Shown piece by piece: positions 33,825 to 36,694 of a DNA stretch of 36,694 nucleotides. The DNA comes from a virus (taxonomy: Duplodnaviria > Caudoviricetes). Numbering within the stretch: position 1 is the stretch's first letter; each line of letters begins with the position of its first letter. The notes under the pieces were generated by a model. It had not been told where the DNA came from, ran no database searches, and was given only the letters and a program-made list of their open reading frames with translations. Where the stretch lies: positions 1 to 36,694 of the IMG/VR virus record IMGVR_UViG_3300047402_000072. The stretch is one strand, 5' to 3'. A program made the position numbers and the translations under genes.

Positions 33825-36694
33825 ATGTCTCAAATTGTTTCATCCTACGTTCAGGAGCGCACGGGCACACGCTTTGAGTTTCAATCTGAACCACAGTCAA
33901 TATCTTTCGGTAATATGGTGGTGGGTACGACTGTGGTTCATAGTGCTCGTCGCCGCGATGTTGTCTTTGCCGCAAGTGGATTGCGCCCAGCCGCGAACCT
34001 CTATCCATTCTTTGACGGTACCGACGTACAGAAATATGTACAGCAAGCGAACACACTGCGTCTTGATGCCGTTGATTTAGTGGATGCGCCCACTTTCTAT
34101 ATTGGACAGACTGTCTATGTGAAGAAAGCCTTCACCGGCACGGTCAATACCGCATCGGCTTCAGCGACGATTACCGGCAACGGCACGGAGTTCGACTTTG
34201 AGCTTCTTGCCAATCAGTTGGTGCGCGTAGAATCGGGTGTCAATATTTTCGACCGCTATATCAGCGCAACCTCGAACAATACCGTTGCGACACTGTTGAG
34301 CACCGCGCCGGTTACGCTCACTACTGCGAATCTCTTTACGTTGACGGCCGTCACAGTTGCGGATATCACGCCACGATATAGCGGAAACACGGTTGCCTAT
34401 ACCTTGAAGGTGGTCCGTGCAAACCGTGACGCAGATGCGGACGAAGCAATTCCATATGCGATTCGTGCAGGTAGTTTGCGCCCAGAAAAGAACGCAAAAG
34501 ATTCTGGTACGAATTCTGCGGGAGCCACTTTGTTGGTGCCTGCAACGGGACGTAACTCAGTTGTAGCGTCGTTAAACGTCAACTCTGCTGTCATCGTCTC
34601 TGGTGTGGTGCGCGATTACAGCACAAACAACTTGCGTTTGGATCTGGACGTGACTGACGCAAAGGTCGCGAATGGTGCGGTGATCTACTTTGTTGGTGGC
34701 CCGGGTGCGGGACAGAGTGCGACGATTACGAATTATTTCACCGCAAATCAGACTGCGGTAATCAACAGCAGCACGCTGATCGACATCACAGCGGGTGAAA
34801 CTATCTACAGCATCGGTGCATTGGTCGCTGAAGGATTCTTGGCCAACAGCACCGTCACGGCTGCGGGTGCTGGTACGTGCGCGGGTGTTGTACATCTTCA
34901 GGAAGGTCAGTTCGCCACAGGCGCTCGGATGTTCCGACTCACCGATAGTAACACGAACGATATTGCCTCCGCGACTACGACCGCTGAAACAAACTATGTT
35001 TCATCGGGGCTAATCGTAACACAACAAAACTTCTCTGTCACGAGCCGGACTGTGAATGTCACACGTCGTGGGGTTCGCGAAACACGTCTCTACGACAACG
35101 GCACTTATACTGCGTGCCCAGAAGGATGGGCGGACCCGCTTGCCGAAACATTCCTTGTGGATGCGGCACGGTATCCACAAGGTGTCATGGTGCAGTCGTT
35201 GGATCTGGCGTTTGCATCCAAACCTGCATTCGACATCCCCGTCACCGTTGAACTTCGTCCGGTGGTGAACGGCTATCCATCGTCGCATCAGTTGGTGCCG
35301 ACAATTTCTGCATCGGGTGATGCATCGGTCACGCTTCGGCCAGATGCCGTCAATACGGTATCCGATACGGATGTCGTCAGTGCATTCAGCAACAGCCAGT
35401 TCTATACACGGTTCACGTTCCCGTCGCTCGTGCATTTGATGCCGGGTGTCGAATACGCGGTGGTTGTGCGTTCCGACTCTGCGGAATACACAGTCTGGAC
35501 GGCGGAACTTGGCGGAACCATTCCGGGCACGACACAAAAGGTGGCGAAGCAGCCGTATGCGGGTAGCTTCTTCAAGTCGCAGAATGGTTCGACGTGGACG
35601 GAATCGCCGTTTGAAGACTTGGCATTCCGTCTGAACCGCGCGACATGGAATGTAGACAACGGCGCAAATACAGGCATTCTCTCTGCGCGAGGCATTCTTC
35701 CAACACAGACGCAGACGTTGGATAGCTTGGTGTTCTATCCGTATGAAACAGTGTTCCCGAACACCACGTCAACATCATACAGCGTTGCGGTGAAGCCGGA
35801 AGATGCGGCGGTTGCTGTCGCATATGATGTCTACCCGAACCAAGAATACACATTGGCCGCACGGTCGTTTGTGCAAGGACAGTTCGAGAGTGATGTGCCG
35901 GTCTTTTACCCGTCCATCAGCACCTCTGCACCAACAGGAACAGTGGTGAATGGTATCTCTGCCAACACGATTGATGCCCTGATCACGCTGACCACGCGCA
36001 GCACGGATGTTGCGCCGTCGATTGACTTGAAGAAGATGAACGTCGTGGGTATCCGTCATCTCATCAACAACATGGGATTGTCAAACACCGAGTTCGTCAT
36101 CACGAAGCCGGGAACGGGATACGCCAATACAGCAGCGTATACTGGTACCGTTTCGTGTAGCACGTCATCAAATACGGTGACGGGTTCTGGTACCGCGTTC
36201 CTTTCGACATTGATCGTTGGACGTGATGTAGTTATCGGTGGCAACCTTGTTGTGACTGTCGCGACAATTGCAAACGACACCTCATTTACTACAACTGCAC
36301 TTCCCGCAGATACTCGTTCTGCAAACGCGTACGCGACGTATGCAAACTTGTCACTGACGATTAGCACCAGCAATGTTGGTGAAACCGCCGCCGCGTATGC
36401 CGTTATTTCTGGTGTGAGCAGCACTAACGCCAGCGGTAAGGTGACGGGTGTGGTTGTGACGAATGAAGGTAGCGGCTACATCACATCACCAACAATCACG
36501 GTGCCGGACTCGGATACCAATAACGGCGCCTCGATGCTGTATCACAGTGAAGACTTCACGTCATCAGGAAATGGATTAGCACGGTACTTCACGCGTCAGG
36601 TAACGTTGGCCGATGGGTTTGATGCACGCGATATCAAGGTGTACTTTGATGCGGTGCGCCCGGCGGGGACGAACTTCTACGCCTACTACAAGGT
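33825..36694 (+). CDS. C-terminal part of the DUF4815/VrlC-like structural protein as a separate gene (runs off the window)
   Basis: AGGA RBS and ATG; MSQIVSSYVQERTG...GLRP...LYPFFDG.DV, DPLAETFLVD, KQPYAGSFFKSQNGSTW, RYFTRQVTLA; frame consistent with the window end. Confidence 0.85.
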   Translation, partial: MSQIVSSYVQERTGTRFEFQSEPQSISFGNMVVGTTVVHSARRRDVVFAASGLRPAANLYPFFDGTDVQKYVQQANTLRLDAVDLVDAPTFYIGQTVYVKKAFTGTVNTASASATITGNGTEFDFELLANQLVRVESGVNIFDRYISATSNNTVATLLSTAPVTLTTANLFTLTAVTVADITPRYSGNTVAYTLKVVRANRDADADEAIPYAIRAGSLRPEKNAKDSGTNSAGATLLVPATGRNSVVASLNVNSAVIVSGVVRDYSTNNLRLDLDVTDAKVANGAVIYFVGGPGAGQSATITNYFTANQTAVINSSTLIDITAGETIYSIGALVAEGFLANSTVTAAGAGTCAGVVHLQEGQFATGARMFRLTDSNTNDIASATTTAETNYVSSGLIVTQQNFSVTSRTVNVTRRGVRETRLYDNGTYTACPEGWADPLAETFLVDAARYPQGVMVQSLDLAFASKPAFDIPVTVELRPVVNGYPSSHQLVPTISASGDASVTLRPDAVNTVSDTDVVSAFSNSQFYTRFTFPSLVHLMPGVEYAVVVRSDSAEYTVWTAELGGTIPGTTQKVAKQPYAGSFFKSQNGSTWTESPFEDLAFRLNRATWNVDNGANTGILSARGILPTQTQTLDSLVFYPYETVFPNTTSTSYSVAVKPEDAAVAVAYDVYPNQEYTLAARSFVQGQFESDVPVFYPSISTSAPTGTVVNGISANTIDALITLTTRSTDVAPSIDLKKMNVVGIRHLINNMGLSNTEFVITKPGTGYANTAAYTGTVSCSTSSNTVTGSGTAFLSTLIVGRDVVIGGNLVVTVATIANDTSFTTTALPADTRSANAYATYANLSLTISTSNVGETAAAYAVISGVSSTNASGKVTGVVVTNEGSGYITSPTITVPDSDTNNGASMLYHSEDFTSSGNGLARYFTRQVTLADGFDARDIKVYFDAVRPAGTNFYAYYK

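Overview
This window is a segment of a large T4-like myovirus genome. Bases 1-830 carry at least nine minus-strand tRNA genes with encoded CCA ends. Upstream of the array lie a sigma70 promoter, a 42-aa leader ORF, mutually exclusive antiterminator and terminator hairpins, and an rrn-type boxA. Small early genes (minus strand, TTGACA promoters) follow to about 3.5 kb. Next come late genes with (C/G)TAAATA promoters: a PD-(D/E)xK-like protein and two modular head-protein candidates bearing T4-like capsid-targeting motifs. The rest is a tail/baseplate module: tape measure, gp51, gp26, gp54, gp2, gp4, gp48, gp53, hub, gp5, gp25, gp6, gp7, gp8 and a DUF4815-like protein. Most notable: (i) a textbook -1 frameshift cassette that would fuse gp26 to a start-less gp51 just upstream of the tape measure; (ii) an apparent ribosome-coupled attenuator on the tRNA operon; (iii) gp5 broken into pieces, with its M15 peptidase interrupted by a 2.7-kb module; (iv) symmetric His-x-Asp cassettes and Ser/Pro stalks on baseplate proteins. 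Protein family calls are from motif recognition and gene order only; no database search was run.
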